From the IMG/VR virus record IMGVR_UViG_3300043449_001984, positions 1 through 60,064 of that record: a DNA stretch of 60,064 nt. One strand, written 5' to 3'. Position numbers and translations under genes: made by a program. This stretch comes from a virus (taxonomy: Duplodnaviria; Caudoviricetes). Below are positions 32,565 to 42,040 of this stretch, piece after piece (the stretch's first letter is position 1; each line of letters opens with the position of its first letter). The notes under the pieces were generated by a model. It saw nothing but the letters and a program-made list of their open reading frames with translations. It was not told the origin of the DNA and searched no databases.

Positions 32565-33272
32565 CTATTTATAATTTTTATATTTGTCAATACAATATTG
32601 ACGTTCTTTTGCGTCTAATTCTCTATATTTTGAATCCAGAAAAGCAGAATCTTGATGTTCTCTGAATGCCACAAGAGTATCTTGAATAATTATTGGATCG
32701 CCGTAATGATAATAAGAACGATAAAAATATTCCCCATCAACTAACCATAGAAGATTTTCGTCCATTTTCAAGACACATTCTTTTCTAACTGCATAAGTAG
32801 ACGGATTTCCTGTAGTATTATCACCATTAACATACCTATTCTCAAACCAAGGTATTCTCGTATCATAAAAATTGGTTTTATTTTGATCGCAATGCGTAAA
32901 ACCACAAATCAACCACTTACCGTTATTTTTATAAAAAGCATCTGATATTTTTTGTAAAGCATAAACATCAACAAAAAAATCATCCATATAAAGCAATTTT
33001 ATGATTTCTCCAGTTGCTAATTTTATTGCGTTGTTGACATTATTAGCAGCATTTTTAATTGAACTTTTATTTGTATAATATTTAATATCTAATACTGAAG
33101 AAAATACGTCGCAAACATTTTTTAATTTAGAGTTTGAGTCTTGGTCAGAAACAATAACATCAAAATCTCTAAATGTTTGATGCATAAGATTTGCGAAATA
33201 TTCAACAAGAAATTTTTCGCTATTCCCGTTCTTCATTTCATAAACAGGAACACAAATAGAAATTCTAGGCAT
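32565..33272 (-). CDS. glycosyltransferase family 2
   Basis: ISICVPVY, DFDVIVSD, GEIIKLLYMDD, GNPS. Confidence 0.9.
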   Translation of the reverse strand: MPRISICVPVYEMKNGNSEKFLVEYFANLMHQTFRDFDVIVSDQDSNSKLKNVCDVFSSVLDIKYYTNKSSIKNAANNVNNAIKLATGEIIKLLYMDDFFVDVYALQKISDAFYKNNGKWLICGFTHCDQNKTNFYDTRIPWFENRYVNGDNTTGNPSTYAVRKECVLKMDENLLWLVDGEYFYRSYYHYGDPIIIQDTLVAFREHQDSAFLDSKYRELDAKERQYCIDKYKNYK

Positions 33273-34023
33273 TATTATTTTCCATTAAATTAATATAATA
33301 ATTCATTTTTTCTCTGAGATCTTTACAATTAGGTAACATATTTCTATACATATTCAATAATGATTCCAAAGTCAATCCAGACCCATTATTTGTATGTTCC
33401 CCACCAAGCCCTTTGGATTTATCGCTATCAGGAATTTTATTTTGTATTTGGAGTTTTCTTTGATAAAATTCTTTAGTCATTGGAGAAAACCCATAATTAA
33501 AAATAACAAAATCTTTAGTATTATTTGCGTTCCTAAAGTGTCTTCCGGGACTATACCAAATTCTGTTATTATGTAATACTCTAGATCCTCTCGAGAATTT
33601 TGTATCAGGGATATCTAATCCAAAAAATAATTGTTCATATAATGGTTTAGTTTTATCAATAAAATTTCTTGTTTCTAAATCATCAATAAAATAAAAACAA
33701 GGAATATAAATCTCAGAAGATGTTGAAGTATCTAAAGTTTTATAATCTCCAATTAAAAATTCAGTAGTGTTCAAAGCAATTTTCCAACCAGAAATATTTG
33801 CTTCTATATCCATAACTTCTTCATCGACTTCGACAGCTGAAAAAGAAGAATTTCTAGAATCAATTACTTTCCAATCTGGGCAGTATGATTTAATAATATT
33901 TACCGAATTATCAGTAGATCCGTAATTTATCATAATACCATCATCAAAATATTTTCGATGATGTACTAACCACCAAGGAAGTAAGTATTCTTCGTTATAA
34001 AAATGAGAAATTATTGTTTTCAT
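33265..34023 (-). CDS. GT2-like glycosyltransferase
   Basis: YNEEYLLPWWL.HH...FD....NYGSTDNS; GRH. Confidence 0.75.
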   Translation of the reverse strand: MKTIISHFYNEEYLLPWWLVHHRKYFDDGIMINYGSTDNSVNIIKSYCPDWKVIDSRNSSFSAVEVDEEVMDIEANISGWKIALNTTEFLIGDYKTLDTSTSSEIYIPCFYFIDDLETRNFIDKTKPLYEQLFFGLDIPDTKFSRGSRVLHNNRIWYSPGRHFRNANNTKDFVIFNYGFSPMTKEFYQRKLQIQNKIPDSDKSKGLGGEHTNNGSGLTLESLLNMYRNMLPNCKDLREKMNYYINLMENNNA

Positions 34024-35219
34024 TCAATATCAATAGAAGGGAAGTATCTGACAAAAATTACATTTTTGATTCTTTCAGAAACATTTCTTTTTATTTCGTC
34101 AAAGAAATTCCAGGCTAATGGTATAATTACTACAGTTTCTTTTTCATCCAATAAAGCATCTGGAGACTTTATTGGAATATTTCTTCCTGGAGTATATAAA
34201 CCTTGTTTTAAAGGATTATCATCAACAATATAATCCAGATCTATTTCTCCGAAATTTAGAAGAGTATTCCCTTTTGCTGCTGCTCCGTATCCAATAATTT
34301 TGTATCCTTGAGCAATAAATGATTGGATGGTATCTTTTAAATCATCAACAACTCTATAACAATTATTTGAATATTGTTTCATAATCGAAGAGTTTAGTTC
34401 ATTTTCTATAAATAAGAGTTTATCGGATTTATCATCTTCAGTTTTAGAAATAACAAAAACGAAACTTGTTCCGTGAACGCTGGTTCTTTCAATATTTACC
34501 ACATTTAATCCGCAACGTTTAGCTAAAGTGCAAAACGATTTGGGGCTAAAGAATGAAATATGTTCGTGATAAATTGTATCGAATTCATTATTCGCTACCA
34601 TATTTGCCTGGGAAGTTTGGATATACATATATCCGGTATCGCTTAAAACTTCTTTACAAGCTAATAGAAATTGTTCGGGATAATCATTGTGAGCAAAAAC
34701 ATTTTGCGCAACAATAGCATCAAATTTTACTCCAAACGATTTTACATTTTCTTCCGACAAATAATCACAAATAACATTATGTTCTTTTGAGCTTATCTCG
34801 TATAAATTTTCAGCTGGATCAACACCAAAAGTATTATATCCTAACTTTTTGAATGAATTAAGTTGTGATCCGTCATTACAAGCAATATCAAGAACATTTT
34901 TCGTTTGATTCTTATTGTCTTTATCAACGAATTCAGCAAACCAATCAAAATAATCTCTCAAAGTTTTACTTGTTCCTGAAACATACAAATAATTCTTAAA
35001 AAGATAATCAGGATGTACAGCGTGGCTTAATTGAAGGTGAGTACAATCTTTACAAAAATTAAGTCTCAAAGGAAAAAATGTTTCTACTTCACCAATTTCT
35101 TTTACATATGAATTAGCAAGAGGTTGTTTATTTAAGTCTATAACAAATTCAAGATTTTCTCCTCCGCAACAAACACAATTTTTTAATTCTTTTATAATTT
35201 CGCTTGTTTTATATAACAT
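34020..35219 (-). CDS. NDP-hexose C-methyltransferase
   Basis: C..CG, QPLAN, C..C..LQL, DIACNDG, FDTIYHEH..FF, GYGAAAKGNT, VDDN.LKQG..TPG, LAWNF. Confidence 0.92.
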   Translation of the reverse strand: MLYKTSEIIKELKNCVCCGGENLEFVIDLNKQPLANSYVKEIGEVETFFPLRLNFCKDCTHLQLSHAVHPDYLFKNYLYVSGTSKTLRDYFDWFAEFVDKDNKNQTKNVLDIACNDGSQLNSFKKLGYNTFGVDPAENLYEISSKEHNVICDYLSEENVKSFGVKFDAIVAQNVFAHNDYPEQFLLACKEVLSDTGYMYIQTSQANMVANNEFDTIYHEHISFFSPKSFCTLAKRCGLNVVNIERTSVHGTSFVFVISKTEDDKSDKLLFIENELNSSIMKQYSNNCYRVVDDLKDTIQSFIAQGYKIIGYGAAAKGNTLLNFGEIDLDYIVDDNPLKQGLYTPGRNIPIKSPDALLDEKETVVIIPLAWNFFDEIKRNVSERIKNVIFVRYFPSIDIE

Positions 35220-35937
35220 TTATATAATCTCTCAAATAATTAATCACTTCATTTTTTGAATTCTGATTCCATCTTCTATGCGAACCAGCAACATAATGAA
35301 CACCCATCATTTCTCCGTTTTCATTTTTGAAGTAACAGTTTCCATAACCAATAGAATCTGATTTCCAACTTAATGTTTTAATTTTATTCTCAAATATATA
35401 TTTCCTAATTCTCCAACCAACTTCAATATAAGAAGTTGATCTGTCTATTTCCCAAGGAGCTATTGCCCAAGAATTAGATTTTGCTATTATAGAATCATAA
35501 TATCCACAAAAACAACAAGGAATATCTTTGAACTTTTCTGGAAAAGCGTTTACAACAGGAATAGTTGCATCACCATCGTGCCATTCAGCCCCAACAGCAA
35601 CATATCCTTCTTTAAATTTTTCAATTACATAATTATGTATATTTTTATTCAAAATAAAGAAATCTGAATCTAAGATACAAACTATTTTAGATTTTGTAAA
35701 AGTTAGACCATAATCTATAGCAAATCCGTGAGAAATTCCATCAAATTCATTAACACTATTTCTATAAACTATTACTTCGTTATTCTCTGCTTCTATTGGT
35801 TTCTTTTCAGAATCAGGCGTATTATCAACTATAATAAATCTATACTGTTCTGAAGAAAATAAAGATTTAAGTATTGATCTCTGTATATCCAATAATTCGT
35901 AATTCTTAAATATAACTGTTAAATAATCTATCATCAT
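35209..35937 (-). CDS. GT2-like glycosyltransferase
   Basis: IIVDN; SHG.AID; CILDSDFF. Confidence 0.7.
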   Translation of the reverse strand: MMIDYLTVIFKNYELLDIQRSILKSLFSSEQYRFIIVDNTPDSEKKPIEAENNEVIVYRNSVNEFDGISHGFAIDYGLTFTKSKIVCILDSDFFILNKNIHNYVIEKFKEGYVAVGAEWHDGDATIPVVNAFPEKFKDIPCCFCGYYDSIIAKSNSWAIAPWEIDRSTSYIEVGWRIRKYIFENKIKTLSWKSDSIGYGNCYFKNENGEMMGVHYVAGSHRRWNQNSKNEVINYLRDYINVI

Positions 35938-36814
35938 TTCTGGGTAAAAAATTATCAATTGAGTCTAAAGTTTCAAAATCAGAAGCTATGTCTTTTATCG
36001 TTTCTTTGAATTGAAAATTATAAGTCATAGAAAATAAAGAAGTATCCAACATAAAATCATAAACATCAGAATAATTATCATCACCTTGATCAATAATCGG
36101 AACATTCCAAATTTCAGAAACAGTTTGTGCAATTTCTTTTACTGTCGAATTAAACGAAGAAATATTATATTGACCACTAACTATACGACTATTAATCAAT
36201 TTGTCAATAGAATTTACTAGATCTTTGGTGGATAAAATTGGCCTATGTATATTTGAATTCTTAATTAGAATCTTATTCTGCGTCTTTGCTGAATAATACA
36301 TAGAATTTATCATTAAATCAGATCTAATATTCTTAGAAACTCCATTTATTGTACCAAATCGTAATCCAACAATTTTTTTATTTTGATGTATAAAATTATT
36401 AGCTATAATATCGTTGGTAATTTTTGTTAAATCGTAGTTGTTTATTGGATAAAGATTTAATTGATCTTCAGTAGAAAGACCAGGATTCCTACCATAAACT
36501 GATGCTGAACTAGCATATATTAATGTTTGATGTTCTTTTAATTTTGAACAAAGTTCATAAAAATATGATACGTTATTTAACCAAGCATTTTCTTTGTTAT
36601 AATCAGCCATTTTAACTGACGAATGGGCAGCCAATAGTACAATATGCGAATAATTATCAGTATAAAAATTATTATAATTTGTTTTTATAGAAAATCCTAA
36701 ATCTTCCCCAAATAAACATAAATCTACTGAATCAACATCATAATTTTTAGTTTTGAAATGGTTATACAGAGTTGAACCCGCATAACCATTTCCACCAATT
36801 AATAGAATTTTCAT
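35906..36814 (-). CDS. NAD-dependent epimerase/dehydratase
   Basis: IGGNGYAGS; YASSASVYG; Y...K; LRFGT. Confidence 0.9.
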   Translation of the reverse strand: MKILLIGGNGYAGSTLYNHFKTKNYDVDSVDLCLFGEDLGFSIKTNYNNFYTDNYSHIVLLAAHSSVKMADYNKENAWLNNVSYFYELCSKLKEHQTLIYASSASVYGRNPGLSTEDQLNLYPINNYDLTKITNDIIANNFIHQNKKIVGLRFGTINGVSKNIRSDLMINSMYYSAKTQNKILIKNSNIHRPILSTKDLVNSIDKLINSRIVSGQYNISSFNSTVKEIAQTVSEIWNVPIIDQGDDNYSDVYDFMLDTSLFSMTYNFQFKETIKDIASDFETLDSIDNFLPRNDDRLFNSYI

Positions 36815-37884
36815 TGAAAATTATTCAGAGCATTAACAATATGAGCCAAATCTTGATCAGTTAACCACCAACCATTTGGAATACAAACTTGCGTTTTATC
36901 AAATTCTGTAACTCCAGGAAGGTCGCCTTCTTGGAATTGTTCTGTACAACTATACTTATCATTTCTAAAATGCACAGGACTTGAAGAAATATACCTTTCG
37001 TTTAGATATTCAATAAATTCTTGTTTTCTGCCATTCAATACGTGCATACTGAACAACCAATAAGAACAAGTATCGTCCCAATCCGGTAGAATTAAATTTG
37101 GGTTATTTACGTTGTCGATAATATATTTCGAATTTTTTCTTTGTTGATATACTGATTTTCTTGCTTCTGGTAAATTAGAAATACCAATAGTTGCGGCAAT
37201 ATCGTTCATATGATATTTAAACCCAGCAGATTCAATATTCTGAGTACAACGGAACGATTGACCCTTTGTTCTATCTAACCCATACCAACGAAGAATTCTA
37301 GCAGCTTCTTCTTTTTCTTTTGGGCAAATAAGAATTCCTCCATCACCAGTAGTGAGGAATTTTATTGCTTGGAAGCTGTAGCATATATAATCCCCTCGTT
37401 CAATACCAGAAACATCAAATACGTCCCAAGTGTGAGCAGCATCTTCAACAATAGGAATACCGAAAGACTTCATTGTAGCATAATCGCACAATTTACCCGC
37501 CCAATTAACACAAATAATTGCTTTTGTTTTTTCTGTAATCAGAGATTTAACAGAATCAGTATCAATCAATCCTGTTAAAGGATCAATATCAGCCCAACGA
37601 ATTTTTGCGTGTCTATGAATTGCTCCAACTTGGCTTGCAAAACAAGTTTGTGGGGTAGAAATAACTTCATCACCAGGACCAACACCAATCAATTCCAACG
37701 CTAAGTCAATAGCAGATGTACAAGAATTAACAGTGACAGGTCTAGTTGCGGTTTCTAATTCAATTTGAAGCAAATCTTCAAATTCTTCAACCTTTTCGCC
37801 TTGTCCTATAAATCCAGAATGTAAAACTTCTGAAACATATTTGTCAACAGAATTAGAAACTCTAACTTTAAATAACGGAATCAT
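36811..37884 (-). CDS. DegT/DnrJ/EryC1/StrS PLP-dependent sugar aminotransferase
   Basis: NSCTSA, GPGDEVI, EDAAH, SFQAIK..TTGDGG, G.KYHMND. Confidence 0.93.
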   Translation of the reverse strand: MIPLFKVRVSNSVDKYVSEVLHSGFIGQGEKVEEFEDLLQIELETATRPVTVNSCTSAIDLALELIGVGPGDEVISTPQTCFASQVGAIHRHAKIRWADIDPLTGLIDTDSVKSLITEKTKAIICVNWAGKLCDYATMKSFGIPIVEDAAHTWDVFDVSGIERGDYICYSFQAIKFLTTGDGGILICPKEKEEAARILRWYGLDRTKGQSFRCTQNIESAGFKYHMNDIAATIGISNLPEARKSVYQQRKNSKYIIDNVNNPNLILPDWDDTCSYWLFSMHVLNGRKQEFIEYLNERYISSSPVHFRNDKYSCTEQFQEGDLPGVTEFDKTQVCIPNGWWLTDQDLAHIVNALNNFQ

Positions 37885-38335
37885 AATGATACTCCATAGT
37901 AATTACTTTACCATCGTCTTTAACAACTCTAAAACCAAGTTTATTGTATATAAAAAACGCTCTGGTATTATTTTTTAACACTTCCAATTTAATCGGCATT
38001 TCTTTATCAAGATTTTTAATTAAATAGTCAAACAAAATTTTACCGTACCCTTTACCTCTACAAGATTCCACTAACCCACCAGAAACTAATGAAAATCCAG
38101 CTTCTTCTCGAATTAACCCATAACCAACTGGCGAAGAGACAACCCCAAATTCAACCAAATACAGTAAATAAATTTTAACGTTTGGATCGAGATTTTCAAA
38201 CCATCTCTTTTGTTGATCTTCCGAAATATAAGAACAATCTCTTGTCATAAAATCTTTACATTGATTCCTAATATTCCTGAGAATCATAGCTTCTTCAAGA
38301 GTTTCAATTTTTTTCAACACAACAAAATCAGACAT
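37868..38335 (-). CDS. GNAT N-acetyltransferase (PseH-like)
   Basis: RN....FM...IS..QQ..WF; RGKGYG; LEVL..N.RA...Y.KLGF. Confidence 0.85.
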   Translation of the reverse strand: MSDFVVLKKIETLEEAMILRNIRNQCKDFMTRDCSYISEDQQKRWFENLDPNVKIYLLYLVEFGVVSSPVGYGLIREEAGFSLVSGGLVESCRGKGYGKILFDYLIKNLDKEMPIKLEVLKNNTRAFFIYNKLGFRVVKDDGKVITMEYHYDSVI

Positions 38336-38337
38336 AA

Positions 38338-39321
38338 TTAATTCCTCAAAAATATTTTTTCAAATTTTTGCATAACATTCATTGGAGAATATTCTTTAAC
38401 AATACATTGATAACAATTTTTATAAATTCCATATTTCAATTTAAAAATCTTATCCAACAATTCATATTGATTATTATATATTAGATCGTATTTTTTCAAT
38501 AATTCAACGTTATTTTTATCCCTACCGCCACCAAAACTTATTACTGGTTTATTATGAAATAAAAATTCACAAATTGATAATCCGAACGATTCACCATCAG
38601 ATCTTGCGTGTATCATTGCATCACAAGAAGAAATAAAATCAGTTTTTTCTTGCGGATCAATAATTGATCCCAAAAACAAAATTCTAGGGTGTTGATAATT
38701 TATAAAATTTCTAGTATTGACAAATACAAAAGTGATATTCGGATCATTTTCCGCAACAAACAATACCATTTGTTTGGCGAATTCAATGTCAAACTGATCA
38801 AACCCGCCATATCTACCAATCACAAATTGGTCTTTATTGATTTTTAATTTTTCTCTATAATCGGTGGTTGTACTTTTTGGTAAATCTACAATATGGGGAA
38901 CATAATTTGTTTGATTCCCAGAAGCAGCTTCACTCAACCATCTTGAAACATAAGAATACTTATATCCGTGCGGTTGATTATAATTAAAAACACAATGTAT
39001 CAAAGATTTTGTACTTTTCGATTGTATCCCATCATTAAATCCTGCTTTTAAAAAATATGCATAATCGCACTTATTTGATTGCAATTTCGATTCAAAATCG
39101 TTTATATCTGAATATTCAATTACATCAAATAAAGATTTATATCTATTAAGGACTTCCATTCTATGGATATAATTTTCATCCTGTTCGGAATATTTTATTG
39201 ATTTATCTAAAAAAATAAATGACTTATTATTTAATAATTTCTCATTATAGAAAGCATAATCTTTAACAGCAGTTGTCGTGCCCCTAAAAGAAAGATTATC
39301 AATGTGAAATGCTATTCTCAT
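38338..39321 (-). CDS. GT-B (family 4-like) glycosyltransferase
   Basis: RGT..A..DYA; IGRYGG..FD; CDAMIHARSDGESFGLSICE. Confidence 0.85.
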   Translation of the reverse strand: MRIAFHIDNLSFRGTTTAVKDYAFYNEKLLNNKSFIFLDKSIKYSEQDENYIHRMEVLNRYKSLFDVIEYSDINDFESKLQSNKCDYAYFLKAGFNDGIQSKSTKSLIHCVFNYNQPHGYKYSYVSRWLSEAASGNQTNYVPHIVDLPKSTTTDYREKLKINKDQFVIGRYGGFDQFDIEFAKQMVLFVAENDPNITFVFVNTRNFINYQHPRILFLGSIIDPQEKTDFISSCDAMIHARSDGESFGLSICEFLFHNKPVISFGGGRDKNNVELLKKYDLIYNNQYELLDKIFKLKYGIYKNCYQCIVKEYSPMNVMQKFEKIFLRN

Positions 39322-39322
39322 A

Positions 39323-39997
39323 TTAATATTCCGTACAACTAATCATCCCTTCGGTTGTAAAAGTTCCATCAATAATCTGTTTACAACGTTCAGCAAATAA
39401 TTTATTATTCTCGCCATACCTACCTTGAAACAGGTTATAAATTCCTCCAGGGTAATATGTTCCAATACCAAAATAACCATAATTATTTAAACGCCACTTT
39501 CCTTCGGATGGTTCCCTATCATAACATAACGGATAAATTGATCTGTACGTTTTACCCATTTCATCCGCAACGTGACTAATTTCCTGAGAAACGTCAGACC
39601 TGTGATTTTCCAAAAACGAAGGGGATCCTAGATATTTGTAACATTCTTTTGTGATAAAATAAAATGTACAAGCAGCAGAAACGTGAATTGCCGGTTTAAT
39701 ATGATTACTTGATTGAGCTAATCCAATAAAAGAGTTATTGTCAACTGACCATTTAATACAACGTTCAACAATTTCTTTATTAGTTGGAACGCAATCAATA
39801 TCCATAAAACCAATAATATCACAATCAGATTGTCGCATTACTTCATTACAAAAATGACCGTGACGCATTCCGTCTAAATTATGATATTGAACAGGAATCC
39901 CAAGATGTTCAGTTACTGATTTATGCAGTTCAGCTAAATCTGATGTATTATTCCAATACAAAGAATGAATAGAAACTTTCATGACATTGAACACCAC
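39323..39997 (-). CDS. putative GT-A fold glycosyltransferase
   Basis: FMDIDCVP DxD motif; in sugar cluster. Confidence 0.6.
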   Translation of the reverse strand: MVFNVMKVSIHSLYWNNTSDLAELHKSVTEHLGIPVQYHNLDGMRHGHFCNEVMRQSDCDIIGFMDIDCVPTNKEIVERCIKWSVDNNSFIGLAQSSNHIKPAIHVSAACTFYFITKECYKYLGSPSFLENHRSDVSQEISHVADEMGKTYRSIYPLCYDREPSEGKWRLNNYGYFGIGTYYPGGIYNLFQGRYGENNKLFAERCKQIIDGTFTTEGMISCTEY

Positions 39998-40320
39998 TTA
40001 TTTAATCTGTGTAAAACCATATCGCTTGTATGTCCATCCCATTCAGGAGCAACATCTAACGTTTTAATATTTGACAAAATATCCCAAAATTTGTCTACGA
40101 TGTGATAAGTAATATCACCCGTTGGCAATTTCATACCAGCAATAAAATATCCTTCATATTCAGTATTGTCAAAATGTTTTTTTGACTTCCAAGAAATATG
40201 TGGATACGATTTCATCAATGAAATAAACAATACCATTCTATGAGAATATAATTCTGCAAAAGTATGATAGCCGTCGCTAATTTTCGATGGGTCTTCTACT
40301 TCAATTGTAATTTTAGGCAT
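39979..40320 (-). CDS. WDGH-motif phage protein
   Basis: SDGYHTF.ELY.HR; WKSK.H; ITYH; APEWDGHT. Confidence 0.75.
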   Translation of the reverse strand: MPKITIEVEDPSKISDGYHTFAELYSHRMVLFISLMKSYPHISWKSKKHFDNTEYEGYFIAGMKLPTGDITYHIVDKFWDILSNIKTLDVAPEWDGHTSDMVLHRLNKWCSMS

Positions 40321-41032
40321 TTTTTCTCCAAGGAAAAGATTTTGACATTTTTGCAACTTGTTCATTGCCTCTTAAAAAGAACTCTGAACTCACCGATCCT
40401 TCGTTTCCACCAAGTCTATAATTTAATGTGTATTGTCCAGAACAATCATATTTTTGAAAATGTTGAGAAAGAGCTTGATAAAATATTCTATCTTGACCCC
40501 ATTTTCCGTGGAACACTTGACTAATTTTAATTGCTATATCAGTTCGTAAACAATAGCAGTTTGTATCAATATGATTATAATTAGTTAATGGTCGCCATTT
40601 TCCGAGACTTTCGCATTCATCATTACAAATATATACACCGTCTTTATCCACTATTTTTCTCAAACTATATGACCAATAACAATCATTTTCTTCAATCACT
40701 TTCACCAAAGAATTAACGTGATTATTATCAATCCAACAATCTTGGTCTAGATATAAAACGTAATCCGAATTAACAAGATGAGTTGTAGCTGCATATATTC
40801 TATGTCCATAGAAACCATCTGCCCCAACGTTTTCCGGAACAATCATAGTAACTATATTTTTATTTGGACGTTCTATTTTTGAAACGATATTTTCTACTTT
40901 TTCTTTATATTGATTTCCATCAACAACAACATATGCTTGTACGTTCTCATATTCTTGGTTAAGAACCGATTCAATAGTTTGTTGTAAAGTGTCGGAGCCA
41001 GTTGTTGGTATAATTACAGTTGCTTTTTTCAC
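40313..41032 (-). CDS. glycosyltransferase family 2
   Basis: VIIPT, SVL.Q.Y, VVVDG, YLDQD, IDTNCY, DR. Confidence 0.88.
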   Translation of the reverse strand: MKKATVIIPTTGSDTLQQTIESVLNQEYENVQAYVVVDGNQYKEKVENIVSKIERPNKNIVTMIVPENVGADGFYGHRIYAATTHLVNSDYVLYLDQDCWIDNNHVNSLVKVIEENDCYWSYSLRKIVDKDGVYICNDECESLGKWRPLTNYNHIDTNCYCLRTDIAIKISQVFHGKWGQDRIFYQALSQHFQKYDCSGQYTLNYRLGGNEGSVSSEFFLRGNEQVAKMSKSFPWRKNA

Positions 41033-41457
41033 AGGATCATCACTCCAAAATTCTCAACAATATTTTCTTCATAATCTAAAGTATATATTACACTTTTTAT
41101 ACCATATTCTTGAATACATCGCATACAACCAGAACAAGGTTTCGCTAAACCAGAAACAAACCCGTCTTTCTCTGTACCATTATATTTAACTCTTACAACA
41201 TACAATACAGACTTTTTAAATTTATCAAAATTTAATTTTTTATCAGCGTTGTAAATTGCAAGAGTTTCTGCGTGCCAATAAACGCATTGATCATTTTTTC
41301 CGTATCTATATTGGTACGGATGCGTCTTCATTTGATTCGTTCCATATGAAACGATTTTGTTCCTATGAACCAAGGCGGAGGCAACCCAAACTTTTGGATG
41401 ACCTGCGCTCAAAGCCAGCGTCTTCAGATTTTTTATCAAGGTAGTATCAATATTCAT
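41029..41457 (-). CDS. Zn-dependent cytidine/adenosine deaminase-fold protein
   Basis: HAE...KPCSGC...GI..V.YT. Confidence 0.75.
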   Translation of the reverse strand: MNIDTTLIKNLKTLALSAGHPKVWVASALVHRNKIVSYGTNQMKTHPYQYRYGKNDQCVYWHAETLAIYNADKKLNFDKFKKSVLYVVRVKYNGTEKDGFVSGLAKPCSGCMRCIQEYGIKSVIYTLDYEENIVENFGVMIL

Positions 41458-41463
41458 ATAAAA

Positions 41464-41492
41464 ATTATACTACCAAAAGACAAAAAAGTCAA
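41464..41492 (-). promoter_or_regulatory. sigma70-type promoter at head of deaminase/sugar cluster
   Basis: TTGACT-17 nt-TATAAT. Confidence 0.75.
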
Positions 41493-42040
41493 ACGTAATT
41501 TATATAAGTGGTAAGAATATACTTAGGACCTGATTTTGGCTTTTTACCTTGATGAGGATGAGTCCAAAGAGGAGGAAACATCAAAAGATTTCCTCGTTTC
41601 GGTTTAATTACCCATTCCCCTTTTAATCCAAAAGTCGTTTCTCCCCCTTCTTCCACATCATTAAGATAAAACAAATATGATATCATTCTCTTTGAAGATT
41701 CCGCAGTATCAGCATCAACGTGAAAATTAAATTCATCGCGATTATTTGGATAATATTTTTTTATTCTAATTTCTTCTAAACCATACTTTTGAGGAAATTG
41801 TTTCTCGTGTATTTTAAAATCTCTCCTATAATGCCCAAGATATTCTCCACAAACTTCGAGTAAATATTTTGTTACAATTTCCCAATTTTTACTTTGATTT
41901 AAATTAATTTCCGTAAATTTTACATATTCGTCAATATTCCTAATAACTTGTTCTTCATTATATGTTTCAAACATATAAATTAATTTTTTACAAATATCTT
42001 CTGATAAAGCATTACCATATATTTTTGAATAAGGAAACAT
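41489..42040 (-). CDS. 2OG-Fe(II) oxygenase
   Basis: FHVD...YLNDVEEGGET.F...PK.G..LMFP..WTHPH.G...KY. Confidence 0.9.
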   Translation of the reverse strand: MFPYSKIYGNALSEDICKKLIYMFETYNEEQVIRNIDEYVKFTEINLNQSKNWEIVTKYLLEVCGEYLGHYRRDFKIHEKQFPQKYGLEEIRIKKYYPNNRDEFNFHVDADTAESSKRMISYLFYLNDVEEGGETTFGLKGEWVIKPKRGNLLMFPPLWTHPHQGKKPKSGPKYILTTYINYV

